A stretch of 64,000 nucleotides of DNA, from NCBI GenBank assembly GCA_964187785.1, contig OZ076412.1, positions 75,020,001 to 75,084,000 of the forward strand, given 5' to 3'. This document shows, one piece after another, positions 1-13,400 of this stretch. The DNA comes from Amphiscolops sp. MND2022 (taxonomy: Eukaryota). The position numbers were made by a program, and so were the translations under genes. The notes beneath the pieces were generated by a model. That model saw only the letters and a program-made list of their open reading frames with translations, searched no databases and was not told the origin of the DNA. The stretch's first letter is position 1. The number at the start of each line of letters is the position of its first letter.

Positions 1-328
1 CAGACTAATCTGGAATACAGTGAGACTTCCAATGAAGCAACTTCACAAATAAGTCGAGTTGTGGGACGAAGAGATTCCGCAAGCAAAGTTCGATGTCTAT
101 CGCCGGGAATAATTGGTTTTGGAAGTCCTCACGGCTGATTGTTTGGTTGTACGAGACGCTCATCGTTGGACAAAAACCATAACGGTTTCAACAAGATTGA
201 CCAAAAGACAACCTCTTCCAGTTGTACGCCCAAATAGTTGTCTCAGAGTACAGCAGTAATCATGAAGAACTCTTCGAAGAAGTCTAAAGATGTATCACTA
301 TTTCAGCTTGCACGAGTTTTGCGCCTGT
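1..328 (+). mobile_element. Gypsy integrase 3' fragment, near-identical direct copy of 5115-5442
   Basis: Base-by-base match of 1-328 with 5115-5442 with few substitutions. The second copy continues the integrase reading ...GNGKCERLNRIIWNTVRLPMK. Confidence 0.85.
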
Positions 329-2699
329 GCAAAAAACGGCAAAAAAAGGAGCAGAAACGGCAAAACTTTCGTTGAGGGGCAAAAAAGGCAATAACCACTT
401 CTAGTAGGGGCAATTCAAAAATGTTTGTTTTCAAAAAACTTTCATGCCGTGTACAACTTCATTTCACTGGTACAAGGCCTTCACCATCCATCAAACGCGT
501 AGTCCTTCATCCGCGTCCCTTGTCAATTGACAGAAGCTGCTTCTCACTATGGAAACAAACAGCATCTATCCTTGCTGTGGCGGCACAGGTTTGTCACGCA
601 TGACAACGAGGATTCTCTGTTGCCGCAGGAAATTCTTAATGCACCCTTCTCTCATCCGAACTGAGGGAAGCCTCATCGACAGCATGACCCTTGTCAGACA
701 TTGCAGAAACTCAAAACCTTACGCTCAATTGACCTATAGTGGTGGTGGAAATCATGATTTGTGAATTTTGAAAACGAATGTTTGAATGCAAAAAAATCAC
801 AGCGGTGACGCGCTGAATGGTTTTGCCCATTCCAAGTCTCATCGATCATGTCTCATTCAGTCCTTTTTTACGTTCCCTCTGTTGTGTAGACTGGATAGGA
901 CGTTGAGTTTTGCAAATGTATGAAATATTTTTTGTACCCAATGAGCATGCGATCGCATTATTCCAAACTGCACTGTCCTGTGACTTGTTTGTCAATCGAC
1001 TGGAATGTTGTTTCAAAGTGATGTTCTTCATTGGTAAAGAATTCGCCCATGATGAGATCTGTGAATTGTCGTGAACTGCACAAACATACAAAGGTCGATC
1101 TATTTTAGTATAATATAGCTTATTAGGCATGGAATCAATTTTTGATTTGAGTCTCTTAAGAAGTAACAATTCCTGAGAGAGTCCAATTGGCAAGACAACG
1201 TGAACCCAGTGAAAGAAGAGCATTCAATCCAATCAATGGCTTCTCGTAATTCAACAGTGGGTTCGCTGAGGAAATAGTTGGGCTTTTTGGGCTTTGTTTT
1301 TTGCTCGAATCAAACTGTTAATTTCCTAAAAACTCATTTTAAAATCGTGATAGAGTCCATTTATACAATGTTCAAAATCAACATTCTCAGAATAACCATT
1401 CTCTACCAACTATCTCAGAACGCAGACGCGATACCTTAGCGGTGACAAAGTTATGCTTTCATCATATTCCAGTATAACTTTTTGACGTTTGATTCTTTTC
1501 AATTTCACCAAAGGTTTATGAATAATAATCATTGTGGTGACCACGTGTTCAATTAACTCTAACTTTGGAACTTATGGTGTAAAATATGTGTCTTTTCAGA
1601 TGCAGCTGATAATGAGTTGTACCTGAACGTAAAGTATTTCAACCTGTGCTTGTTTTGCAAGGATATGACAATTTATTACCTCAATCTTTCTGCTATCACA
1701 ATTGTCACTCCACAAACTGGTGAAATCCCAGAGGCGGCATCCTTGTTACCAACGGCAAGTTTCATCCAACTTGACAGCTGTTAGACGATTATCGTTCGAC
1801 CCCACTTCGTCATTTTAAACGAAAACTTGAACTTTCTCGTGACTTGAAAACGTTCAAGCAGCTGTCCAATTTTGTAATTTTGCAGCTTTGTGCCCTCAAA
1901 AACAGCGTGACTCACTATCACCATAACGGTGATATATATCCATATATCCATATACTCCTTGTCACCCCATCGAGCAACTTTCAATTGAGATAACTTTTGG
2001 GACAATACCGAGAACGTATTGCTGCACTGAATCCTTGCCTGAGAGTTGAGACTACTTGTAGTGAGCTTCGCCAAACAGGCATTTCAGTAACCGACCTTAT
2101 AAGCTCCTTTCGCTGTCCAAGAGATAGCAACTGGAATTTTCTGAGAGAATACAACAGCTACACCCTTCCGTACCAACGAAGTGGTCTCCTTTTCTAACTA
2201 CATGAGTCATCTCTATTGATTTGTGTAAACGTGTCAACAGGCATGGCAAATGGAACCAATCCAAGTCAAAGAAAGTTCTTCAAAAAAGCCCAATAATTCA
2301 GCGTGTCACTGCTAGATTTAGCTAGTGATTCTAGAGGAATTGCCTTCCCCATAGTCGCTTAGCTAAACCACGTAATCGGCTAACCCTTTGCAGTGGCCAG
2401 CAATACTTGCTTGCTTTCTGCCTCATTTACCGGTGAAGCTATCGACTCCCACAACTTTTAGCTGAAAAGTTCGATAAATTTCTCCAAGTGACACATCCTA
2501 ACACTTGCGACCAAAAGGATTTGTCCCTCATCTGCGCTGCGAAACTTTAAAGCGAAATTACCTGGTCACCCGCGACGCACAGGACAACACAGGGCAAAGG
2601 AATGCAAAAGGGCAGTTAACATTGTATCAAGTAAGGTTGCAGCAGTAAAACTTTTTGTTCCAAGAGCGAATTAAACTTTATTCACTCAAGTAAAAACCG

Positions 2700-5442
2700 A
2701 ACCAATCGCTGAAAAGCTTTCTGTGCGAGTTATATCAGGTTTTGCAGTTATCCAGCATTGTTCGTCGACAGAGCCAGGAACTCCTCCCTCAAATGCACGA
2801 CTAAATGAGCTGTTTGTTGGGTATCTGCGTCGGCGACCCCGAAATTGGAGCTGTTTTTGTGAACGATGGTGTTACAGCGGAGGAAGTAGAGAAGGCATCC
2901 CAACAAACAACAAACAACAAACAAAAACTCCAACTCCTGAAGTTACAGTGGTTGCAGCTACGAATAGCAAATTTACATAGGTTTCGACCAAACCGGCCCT
3001 TGTTCAAAGTTCTGGATCTTCTGGTCGATGCCACTGGTGTAGATGCCAAACGCTTCATCAAAATGCCGGGTGCACAGGGATAAACTGTATGGCCAATCTA
3101 ATTGCGAAGGTCATTTCCAAAGTATGTGTCCCATGCAGAAACTAATTGCGGCAATGGAAGGACATCACAAATCTGACAACTCCGCTATAGTTGCAAACTT
3201 ACCTCACAATCGACACTTGGTTCCTCATAAAGTCGATGGTGTGTCGCGACATTTCTTAGTCGACTCTGGAGTTGACATGACTGTAATAGAACATTCTTTT
3301 ACTAGGCTACTCCAATTGCTTTTCAATCTCAAAACCCATATTACTTGTTCGATCGGACACAAACTGGTAAACATTATTGGATCTGCGACAGCACATTTCT
3401 CAATTGAGAGTCCTGAGTGGTGGAAACTGTTTTCCTAGCAACTAAGCGTTGCGTTCCTGTGATCCTGAGCTCATTGGCACTCTGGATAAAAATCTAGTAC
3501 CAAGGCATAGCACCTCCTATAGCTTTCGCTAGCTATGCTTCCCAGGTTACCAGCAAAGGAGGCCGATCGGCAGAATTACAAAACTCTTGGTCCTTTCTCT
3601 GAGGTGACAATGGGAAAGAACACCAGTCAGATCTTTGCCCTTCTCACAAGTGAGAAAGATCACGACTTCATTCAGGGCGATGTCAAAAAACTAGTTCAAG
3701 CTGGTGCCATTGAGGAGTCGCGATCCCCTCGGCGAGCTCGGGTAGCATTGTCGGAAAACTTTAACTACACAAAATCAATGTGCACACAAAACACTACAAC
3801 AATCAATTGGTATACTGTCCCAGTGATAAACCAATCTTTGCTGCAAATTGGCTCGTGGAATTAATTCTATTACTTGGACCCAAAGAACTGGAGCATGCTA
3901 GAGTACGAAAAACGTCCAATTTTGTATGAAGCCAACGGAGGTTTGTGGCAATTTACCAGGTTGCCATTCGAAATGAAAACGGCGTTTCAGTCTTTCAGAA
4001 AACGATCAACTCGAATTTCGACGAAGTGGAATGTATTGCCGTGGGTATCGACGACGTGGTAATCAGTGGGTCAACCGAGGCAGAACACACCAAAACTCAG
4101 CCGAAGTCCTACTGCGCGAAAAATTAAAGTTTTAGGTTCTCGAGTTCAAATTTCTGAGCCATCTGTTTTCAGAAGGAAAGAACTAAAAGAAGAATTCCGG
4201 ATGAAACCCTTACTAGAAATCCCCTTCCTACAACACTGAAAACTGAAGCGATTCGTTGGTATGAGTGTCTAATACTCCAAAAGGGCAGGCTATTTTGCGA
4301 CTACACAAGCATCAAGTGCTGAATTTGTCAGCGATTGCAAAAGAAGCATTTGGCAGCGCGTAAAAAAATGTCGATTGTACTTGCTAGAAACGCACTTCTA
4401 CATACTGACAGATCCACACAGAGTTTTGCTTTTGTCTGACTCGAAACCACGGTCCTCTACTAAAAGCAGCAAGTTTTAGCGGTAGAGATTGAACCTATAA
4501 CAACAAAACACTTTCGATGTACAGTTCCGCAAAATTGATTCGAACGTTTCCGCTGGTGCGATAACCGAGTCCGTGCTTCGGGCTCAAATAAGGAACAAAC
4601 AGGCTAGGACGCCATAGATGAGACAAAGATAAGGTATATCAAGGCGGAAACAACTTCACCTTCGAGAAAGGCCACGACAAAAGGACCATCCCGGAGTTGC
4701 TATGACGGTTAGGTTTATCCAACGAACGTTCGATGAACTAAGTTTGAAGCGAAAGATTTAAGACTGTATCTCGAAATGCATTGTGTTGAGTTGAAACCTA
4801 GGTTTTGAGAGAGACTGTCGCTAGACTTTGTGGTCCGAAAAAATGCACACCAGAAAGGGACAAGTACGTTTTACAAGTAGTAGACAAATGCAGATTTCCG
4901 ATTGCATTTGCTGTCAACGAAGTCAACACAACAAGCATCAATTCTACTTTATCAATATTATTCTTGATTTTCGACCCTCCAGCAGTGTTTTATTGCAATC
5001 GAAAGACTTGTTCGAACCTTCGGAGTTTAAATTCTCCCTTGATCGTCGGAACGTTAAGAAAACGCGAACCACGCCTTACAATTCAGTTGGTAACGGCAAA
5101 TGCGAGAGGTTAAACAGAATAATCTGGAATACAGTGAGACTTCCAATGAAGCAACTTCACAAATAAGTCGAGTTGTGGGACGAAGAGATTCCGCAAGCAA
5201 AGTTCAATGTCTATCGCCGGGAATAATTGGTTCTGGAAGTCCTCACGGCTGATTGTTTGGTTGTACGAGACGCTCATCGTTGGACAAAAACCATAACGGT
5301 TTCAACAAGATTGACCAAAAGACAACCTCTTCCAGTTGTACGCCCAAATAGTTGTCTCAGAGTACAGCAGTAATCATGAAGAACTCTTCGAAGAAGTCTA
5401 AAGATGTATCACTATTTCAGCTTGCACGAGTTTTGCGCCTGT
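2700..5442 (+). mobile_element. Degenerate Ty3/Gypsy LTR retrotransposon gag-pol (many stops and frameshifts)
   Basis: Domains in Gypsy order PR-RT-RH-IN: protease HFLVDSGVDMTVI (~3250), RT KKLVQAGAIEESRSP / GGLWQFTRLPF / VGIDDVVISG (~3680-4080), integrase KKTRTTPYNSVGNGKCERLN (~5060-5115). No LTRs identified; 5' boundary approximate. Confidence 0.85.
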
Positions 5443-5706
5443 TATCGCCCCAAGCAAAGCGGAGCGACGTTCCCAATTGCCATGACTCGATGTTGCTTAT
5501 TGGCAAAGTGCGATCGATCCATACGGCAAATATGGTGAACATTTCGAAACATTTTTCATTAGTTGTTGTTGTTTTTGAACTTTTCGTTGAAAATTTAACT
5601 TAGTTTTTGTCTTGATTAGGTTGTTTTTAGCCATTGCTTGAAATAGAATGGAATTGATCAGGTCTTTGCAAAGATTCAAGGAACCTCGTCTTTACGAGAC
5701 AAAAAG

Positions 5707-6337
5707 TTGGAGATTCAACAAACTTTGAATATGTCAAAATTAAAGGTTATTGTTGCGGACACTTTTCGTTACAATCCACTAAAGTTAATGTTGGAAAAAT
5801 TTCTTGAACTGAAGGCCATTCTACTTGCAGTTCTACCAAACGTCATGGAGGTTTACGACTGGGTGAAACGATCAAGTGTCAAAACCATGGTATCCATTCA
5901 AGGTAAAAAATTATTTTGCTTTTTAACGTTTTATTCAGATGTTACATGATCTCAATTTCAGCAATGTACGGTAGAGTTGAAGCAGCAAAGTTGAAGAGTG
6001 TGAATGTTCGATGCCAAAGCTTTTAAAAAGACAATCGAGTTTTCAAAACACTTTGCTAAAAAAGAACATTTTCTGTAGTCATCAGTTGTTGCGGTGTCGG
6101 ACAAATGGGTAAACCGAAACATCGTTGTGGATACCATTTTGTATGGACATGGTGATTTTGACGATTCTATCTGAAGACAATACAAATGCTAATTTTGCCG
6201 AAGACCATCAATACGCCGATGTGAATCCTCTTGATTATGATAAGTTTGAAGCTGTTGTTGGTGACGAATTGTTTGATCTACTCGAGAATACGAAAAATAT
6301 TGGCGTTGTTCGCAACTTTCAAAGTATGACTCAATAG
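5707..6337 (+). mobile_element. hAT-superfamily transposase remnant
   Basis: VADTFRYNPLKLMLEKFLELKAILL resembles the hAT DxxTRWNSxxxMLxRFxxLK motif. Downstream frames are broken and no TIRs were found. Confidence 0.5.
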
Positions 6338-6973
6338 TAACTTTCAAAATATTACTCATTGTATCAAAACATATTGTGGCGTGTTTTATGTCTTCAATTT
6401 CATTGACAATTGCTATTATCTTTATTATTATGCAATTTCAACACATGAATGACACAAATTAATGAACCTCGTTTTGTATTTATGGTTTTTTGCCTGAACA
6501 AGCAGGATGGTCCGTTAAAATGAAGGAAACAAGAGTCCGTGAATATTACAACTGAGCATCGGCGAGACCATTTTTTGGTCCACTGACCTCCCCGGACACC
6601 TAACGATTACAGTCACAAGATTCAACCCGTCTTCAAAAACCTTTTAGTTCGTTCCAATAAGAACCTTTTGATATTCTGAATGAGGGGATTCTGAAATTCG
6701 AAATAAGGATATTATAGTATTTGACAAATAGTGAAATTTTACAACTTTATTACGATAGTTTATTCCAGGTGTAAATTTTTCTGCCGAATTACTTATAAAA
6801 CAGACAAGTCTCTGTCCAAATTTCGGAATTATTTTGTTAAACTGGTTCAAGTAAAGCTGTCACGCTATAATTGATCAAATATCTAATACCCTTCAGTCCC
6901 AATGACCATTTTGAGATGTTTCTGAATGTCTGCACCAAGATAGTCACGTTGTCATGTCTACAGAGCCTCATCC

Positions 6974-7554
6974 ATGAAAACTCTTTTGATTGCCGACTCA
7001 CAGGCAAGGAATTTGGAAGCAGGAAACATGAATATACTTTCTCTGCTTGGTGCTTGTGTTCGGCAGGGTTATATATTTATCCCCCCAAAACACATTTTCA
7101 ATATCATCATTCTCTTAGTCGGGGAAAACGATTTGTATCTTTTCAAAAAACCAACTACGACACTTGCAAGTCAAGTGGCTCACGAGATTATAGATCTTGC
7201 AAATCTCTTGTGCCATCGTGCCAAAGTAGTTTATGTTCTTGGCATACCTGAACGAAACGAAAATGAGGTACGCTCGAAGTAAGTAAATGATTTCTTGCAA
7301 TCAGTAGGTGAGCGCAAGACCAACCCCTTGTCACTTGGAGGTAACGAACTGTGACCCGACTTATCACTGGGGCCCGGTATTTTAATCCCAATGACGCCAC
7401 ACATCTCAACAAAGACGGTCTGAATAACCATACAACTCTTATTAAAGAAAAAATTCTGTACAAAAACTACAAAAAGTATTTGAACAAGCGTGGTAATGAC
7501 GAGTTCTTTGAGCGTAAAAGAGATGAGTGCCAGTGTCCATGCAGTGACTGGTGA
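6974..7554 (+). pseudogene. Frameshifted SGNH/GDSL hydrolase (esterase)-like ORF, probably TE-derived
   Basis: SGNH blocks in order: LIADSQAR (block I, GDS-like), IIILLVGENDL (block III, GxND), VYVLGIPER, then in a second frame NDATHLNKDG (block V, DxxH). Confidence 0.7.
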
Positions 7555-7739
7555 AAATCTACACCGCAACCCTTCAATGTTAGAATTTTTAACTTTTGCT
7601 TTCACTTAATGGTTACCTTGAGGTTCGGCTTAGTGAATTCAAAGTTGAAATTTCGCTTTTTGTGTGTCTGAGAGGCTAACGGTTACCTTGAGGTTCCACC
7701 AGCTATCTCAGATCACTTTCGTAGTAGCTCTTCGCATCA

Positions 7740-9692
7740 AGACTACTTCAAGAAAAGGTATCTCATGTACTGCTTGTGAAGTTTGATTACTTCATCAGCC
7801 TTTTTACTGTTGCTTTTTGATTCCCGGAAGGCTTATAGCGCCCTTGAAAAGTCACTGTCATAGTTCCCTTTTACAAGTTGATAATCTTCGATCATGACGG
7901 ATCCCATTCGTTCATCCAATCCTTTAGCACCCGCTGACGAAAAACGACTTTCACGAGTTAGGGGTGCGCACAAGAGTGTGCCTTCACAAAGCTCGGAAAG
8001 AAAGTGGATGACTTCCTAACCTAAGTTAGGTTAAAATCAGAATTGCAATAGGCGAGGACAATTCTGCATATTTCATGGTCGACAAATACGCGACCCTCAA
8101 GCTGAAACATCTGCAGAGGGAAATATGTTCTGTTCCGGACCCCACAGTTATTGATTGTTTACAAACCTCGGAGTTCATCGTCAAAAAGTCTCTCATGTCC
8201 TTCCCCAACAACTCTAGTGCAGGTTTGAATGGCTGTTTGAATGATTTGACTGCCAAGTCGGATGGAGAAACGGGACTGAATTGTTTCAGAGCCTTAACTT
8301 TGTGACTATGATTCTCCAAAAAAAGTACTTTAAGCAAAAGCGCTTCGACCGTACGTCTTTGGTGCGAAATTAATTGCGCTAAAAATTCCCGAGGAAGACT
8401 TGGTGCTTTTGTTGTAAGCGATATTTTCCGCCGGTTGTCCGTAAATTGTGCCGGATTGTATGTCTTTGAATCATGAATCACATCAAGCAAGATACGGAAG
8501 TCGACAAGCAGGTGTATGCACCAAACATTGGCCGCACATGTGTTCCGTTGTCTGATAGAAAATCCTCCAGCTCAACGAAAACGGAATCTCAAAAAATGAC
8601 TTTGAGAACGCTTTCAATTCGATAAGCGGACAATTAATGCTCGAGAAAACTTCTGAAAACACCCTGAAGTTTTTTGTACTCACACTTGGCGTACAGTTAA
8701 CCAAGTGTCCTTTTTTATGGTGATTCCGTGGTCAAATCTTGCGAAGGAACCCAACAGGGAAATCTTGATTCGCCAGTATTACGTTCAGATTCCATTCAGG
8801 TTGTGATTGAGGGTTTGAGGTCGAAAATAAGATTATGGTACCTGTCGATGGAAATTTAAGAACCGTTTTGGAATAGTGTTGAAGCGGCAAAAACGCTGGT
8901 GCTCAAAAGGAAACTCATTAATGGTGAAATGTTTTTGTCGGTGACATCACTGAAAAGTGACGATCAACAATTTTAGCATCTTCCCGAGAACAACCCCCCG
9001 ACAAAAGAACCTAATATTTTTGACTCATAGCTCGGTCCGAAGTCTCAGGCAGACTTATTGGAAAAGAAAAATATTGAACCGGAAAAAATTGATGGAATTT
9101 TTGAGAAACTGGGTGCTCATGATGGTTTTTACGTTGAAAAATTGCTTCAGTGTGCCAGAGTTGTTGTACTTCTTGAAAACCACAATACAAGTTTTAATCA
9201 TCCAGCTCCTCTGAAAAATTTTGACAAAACCGTCCGCGACAGGTTTTAGAAAGTGTGTAACGTGACGTTGACGAAATCTTGAGTAATCAGCTGGCTCTGA
9301 TCGTTAAAATGGTTGGTCCTGGGGTTTAATCCGCATCATTATTAGCACTTCCTGCGTTTTTGGCCTCAGCTTATGCTGCGAGTGAATTTCTCAGGACGAA
9401 TTTCTCGGAAACCTTCGAAGATGTTTTGTTGACGAAAGTACTGGAAAAATGGTTGAGTTTGACGAATGAACAAGAAAGTCCTCTCGATGGAATCCAGACA
9501 AAATGGGGTCCAACCGGTCTACGTTAAATCTGTCTAAAATTGGATTTCTAGAATGGATGAGAAACGTTCGAAAGTTTTTGTTGCTCATCAAGGCAAAGTA
9601 ACGAATCTCAATGGCTCTACATATCGAAATAGCGGCCTGCATTCTAGGAACTGTTAGACAGAGATGCGTTTGAAGAAGTTTTTTACATATAG
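7740..9692 (+). mobile_element. Degenerate CRE-clade (RLE-type) non-LTR retrotransposon with internal deletion
   Basis: Stitched + frames give SFPNNSSAGLNG, LIALK...IFRRLS, EGTQQG (RT), IRLWYL (WYLDDG region), AHDGFY.LKNCFSVP, SASLLALPAFLASAYAAS, and C-terminal RISMALHIEIAACILGTV...FEEVFYI*. These motifs are typical of CRE-like elements. 5' boundary approximate. Confidence 0.75.
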
Positions 9693-10426
9693 TCTGTTAT
9701 GTAACTTTGTATATTATTGCAGCTTTTTTTGAAATTTGTTTCTACCGGTCAACTGGGATAGTGGCTGGTATGAGCAGTTTGTTGGTTGTTTTTCGTTGTT
9801 ACTGGTCAATTGGGATAATGACTGGTAGGCCTTTCCTCCTTTAATTGCAGACCAGGGGTGTGTATCTTCTCCTACCAATGATGACACATCTGGCACTTGA
9901 GTGATGACGAAGATCGATATGTGAAAGTGGAGAAAAAAAAACTAGTGTGACCAGACACCAGACTCTCCCACTTATCCGGAGCAGAACCTGCTAGAATTTG
10001 ACAGAGTCTCACCCCATACTTCCCGGAACATCCACCAGAGCAAGCAATTGCCTGATGTAAACGTGATCCGACCCCCGCCGTAGCAGTAGAACGACAATCG
10101 ATTGTTGATGATGTGAACATAGCTGCGTACCTTTTAACATTTCCATCAAAATCGGACCCGCGTTGTCAACCTAGTGAATTCGATTCGATTTCAAGTTTCA
10201 GCCAATCAGTTTTTATCAATAAACAGTTTACTAACTGCTTCTGCTGTAATGACTGTTGACACAAATTATCACCTCCTATCAACTTGATTATGTAATCACA
10301 CACAATGAAGTCTTACTACTACATTCAAATGGCAGCATAAACAAATATTTCGCTGTTCGAGACCAAATTTTAAATTTCTGCTGTTTAGGATTTTCCCAGT
10401 TCACTTTAAGTTATTTCCATGTGAGG

Positions 10427-13400
10427 GACTTATTTGAATTTTTGCTTCAACTTCCTGCCATTAATGACCAGCATATCAACCTTCCTCCCCTTACATTGCG
10501 TCACTTAGTCTCTGGTCATTGATCTGTATACTGGTTTATGACTTCATTGAAACTTGCTGTAATTGATATATGCTTTATTTTACATGTCGATGTCCGTTTG
10601 GTATGTGCCGTCCAGTGAACACTAGTTTTCCTATGAAAGTGTTTAGATCTGCAAGAAATACGACAATTGGTGTCCAGGCTAGGATACACTTCAAGGTTAG
10701 CACGCTTAAAATTATTGCTGCCAGTTCTTTTTACAAGACAGTTGAAGATCTTCAGACCAGTTTGCGTAAACAACTACGAAAAATCGTCCGCGCCGGTCCT
10801 GATTTTAGCCTAAACGCAGAGTCCGTAAACGGGTCAAAAGTCGTTTACAAAGATGTAAAGACTGAAGAACTTAAAAATACGAGAATAAACCTGTGGCTCC
10901 ATCTGATTAACAAAACTATCACACCCCACAGAAGTAACAACTATCAACCTCAAAGTGTAACTCAGCTGGTTGCTTCATTGCGAAGTCTCACAAACTTATG
11001 CGGCATGGTATATTGTCAAGGAACAGGGTCACCGAATATCTTTGAAGACCTGAGAACACTGGACTGCCCAATCATCCTAGACACGACAGATATTGTGCGC
11101 AAATTAGAGTAGCACAGTGAAGTACTCGTTGAGAAATACAAAGCTTTACATCAATCCAGCGATCTCCAACTCAGATGCTCATGAGTAGTCCTACATTACT
11201 ACCCTAACTTACGAAGATCTTGAAAACAAGAGGCACCAAGCGAAGAACTCACGAGCAACGCAGAGAGGCAAAGCGAGGACAATTGAAGGTGAGCGTTCAG
11301 AGTATCGGACTCAGAGCCGCTGTTGTTACCTCATAGTATATTTTCGAATTGAAAGTGAGCTTTTAGAGCCTTGATGTTCAAATTAATCGTGTTTTTTCAA
11401 GTCATCACCAAAATCAATGTGTAAACCGGAATTGAACCTCAAGGAATCCGATCAAGCTTATATGTGGCTCAAGGCGTTCGTGGCGCGAGCGCGTGTTGAA
11501 ACAAAGGGACATCTACGCAACACCTGAAACAAGTGGACCGCCAGTCCAGTTAGCAAAAGATTATCAAGTGACTGATTTCTTCATGAGCCAAGGCGGCCTC
11601 GAAGCGTTGATAGAGCTCAGTAGCCTCGTCGCGCCCAGAAACATTGAGGACATGATTTCCATAGACATCCGTAAGGATCTCAAAAATGACAAAAAGACAC
11701 AAGAGAGGCTGGTGGTTGCAGAACGCAAAGGCTTCTTTCAGATGTCTCAGGGGTAGAAGAAGCAAAAACCGACTATCTTGCTAGGCTCCGAGTGGCTGTG
11801 CGTTAGTGCAAGTTTGTCGATCTCAACATTTTCGCCGGATCCTGAAGCTGAAATGATTCGATCACAATTTATCACCGGTTTACGAGACCACGAATCCCAG
11901 CTCAAGATATTCGACACACACAGAGCAAACGACAACTTGACTGTGGAAGAACTGCTTCAGCTCATTCTTTATAGAAGCCAGGCCAAGATATTTGCTGAGA
12001 ACTCAGTTCGTCAGACAACATGATGTGTAGTTGCATATGCGGAAAAACGTGGTCCCGATAACAAAAGAATCTGATTCGCCGTAAAAAGCCACAACAGTGT
12101 GCACGATGTTGTCGAAAGCCATTCCAACCACTTAATGAGTACCCTGTTAAAGATGCAAAGTGTCACATTTGTTCGAAGCAAGGACACTACTCCGGAATGG
12201 GCAAAACCAAAAGACAAAAAACTTCGCGAACTGGGGAAAACCTATCGAATATCAAATGCATCAGTGTACTTGACTTGTGAAGAACAAGAATTCGAAGATG
12301 CCTCCTCCCCATCCAAAGAAACCATTTATTATGCAGAACACAAAAGTGCGACTGTGGAAGCAATCCATCACACTGGAAGCAAAGCTGAATTTCATAGCAT
12401 CCAACTAAATGGCCATGGAACAACACTGTTCTTCAGTGACCATTATTTCAACAAACCTTTGGCGGAAAATTGGGTCTCCAAGTTTGAGCACTAGCCCCAA
12501 ATTGATTGAAACGTATGATGGACACAGAATGCATTATCTCCGTCATCTAAAGTGTGAGATCCCATAAGGTTAGAAAATTCATAGCAAGGACGGTGCAGTT
12601 ATCGAAGTCCGATAAAGAATTTGGATTGATCGGCAGAGACGTAACCCAAGTTGATCGCATTCACAACGCGTCTTTATCTGATATAAAAGTCTTGCCTGAC
12701 ATTAAAGACTTTAAGGCCACTATCAAACTGAAACCTGACGCAAAACCTGTTTTTTGTCGCGCTCGAAAAGTTCCACTCGCCATGGAACCCCGGTCAAAAT
12801 TGATTTTGCGGAACTTCAGGCATATCCTTGCCCCAGTCGATCCAGGAGGTGTCATGAATGCCTCGACAGTCATGTGGCAAAGGAAGAAAGGCGGATCTTT
12901 TCGGCTTTGTGCAGACTTCAAAGTTTTATGTAAACGATATCATCATGACTGATGAGTACCCGCTTCACGACATGGAATCGTTATTTCATGAGCTGGAGGG
13001 ATCGAAGTTTCATGTCAAGAGTGACTTATTCTCTGCTTACTACGAAATATTGTTGGATGATGCAGCGCAGGATCTTTGTGTCATCAACACAACGGTCGGT
13101 CTCTTCAAGTTACTCAGACTACCTCAAGGAATTAAAAAACGCATCCGGAATGTTCTAGCGATTATTCGAGAAAACTCTCAAAGGACTGATTGGAACTTCA
13201 GGACGACGGAAGAACAAAAAGTCAATGTGAGAAGCGTTTCAGTGCAGTTCAGGATCGCCCGAAAGACAAGGGGTTCACCATTAAAGAAATCAAGTCTGGA
13301 AATATCATGGAGAAAATCACTTATCTCAGTTTCACAATTTAAGGAAGAGGGACTGAGCCCGAGGATCACCTTGTCAGAAAAGTCAGGAAAATCTATCCTC

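Noticed and set aside
9714-10140. Minus-strand ORFs that could be host exons
   Set aside because: No recognisable homology and no supporting neighbouring exons.
10570-11112. 180-aa ORF in the Gypsy A leader
   Set aside because: It is interrupted by a stop in copy B (28509) and has no recognisable domain.
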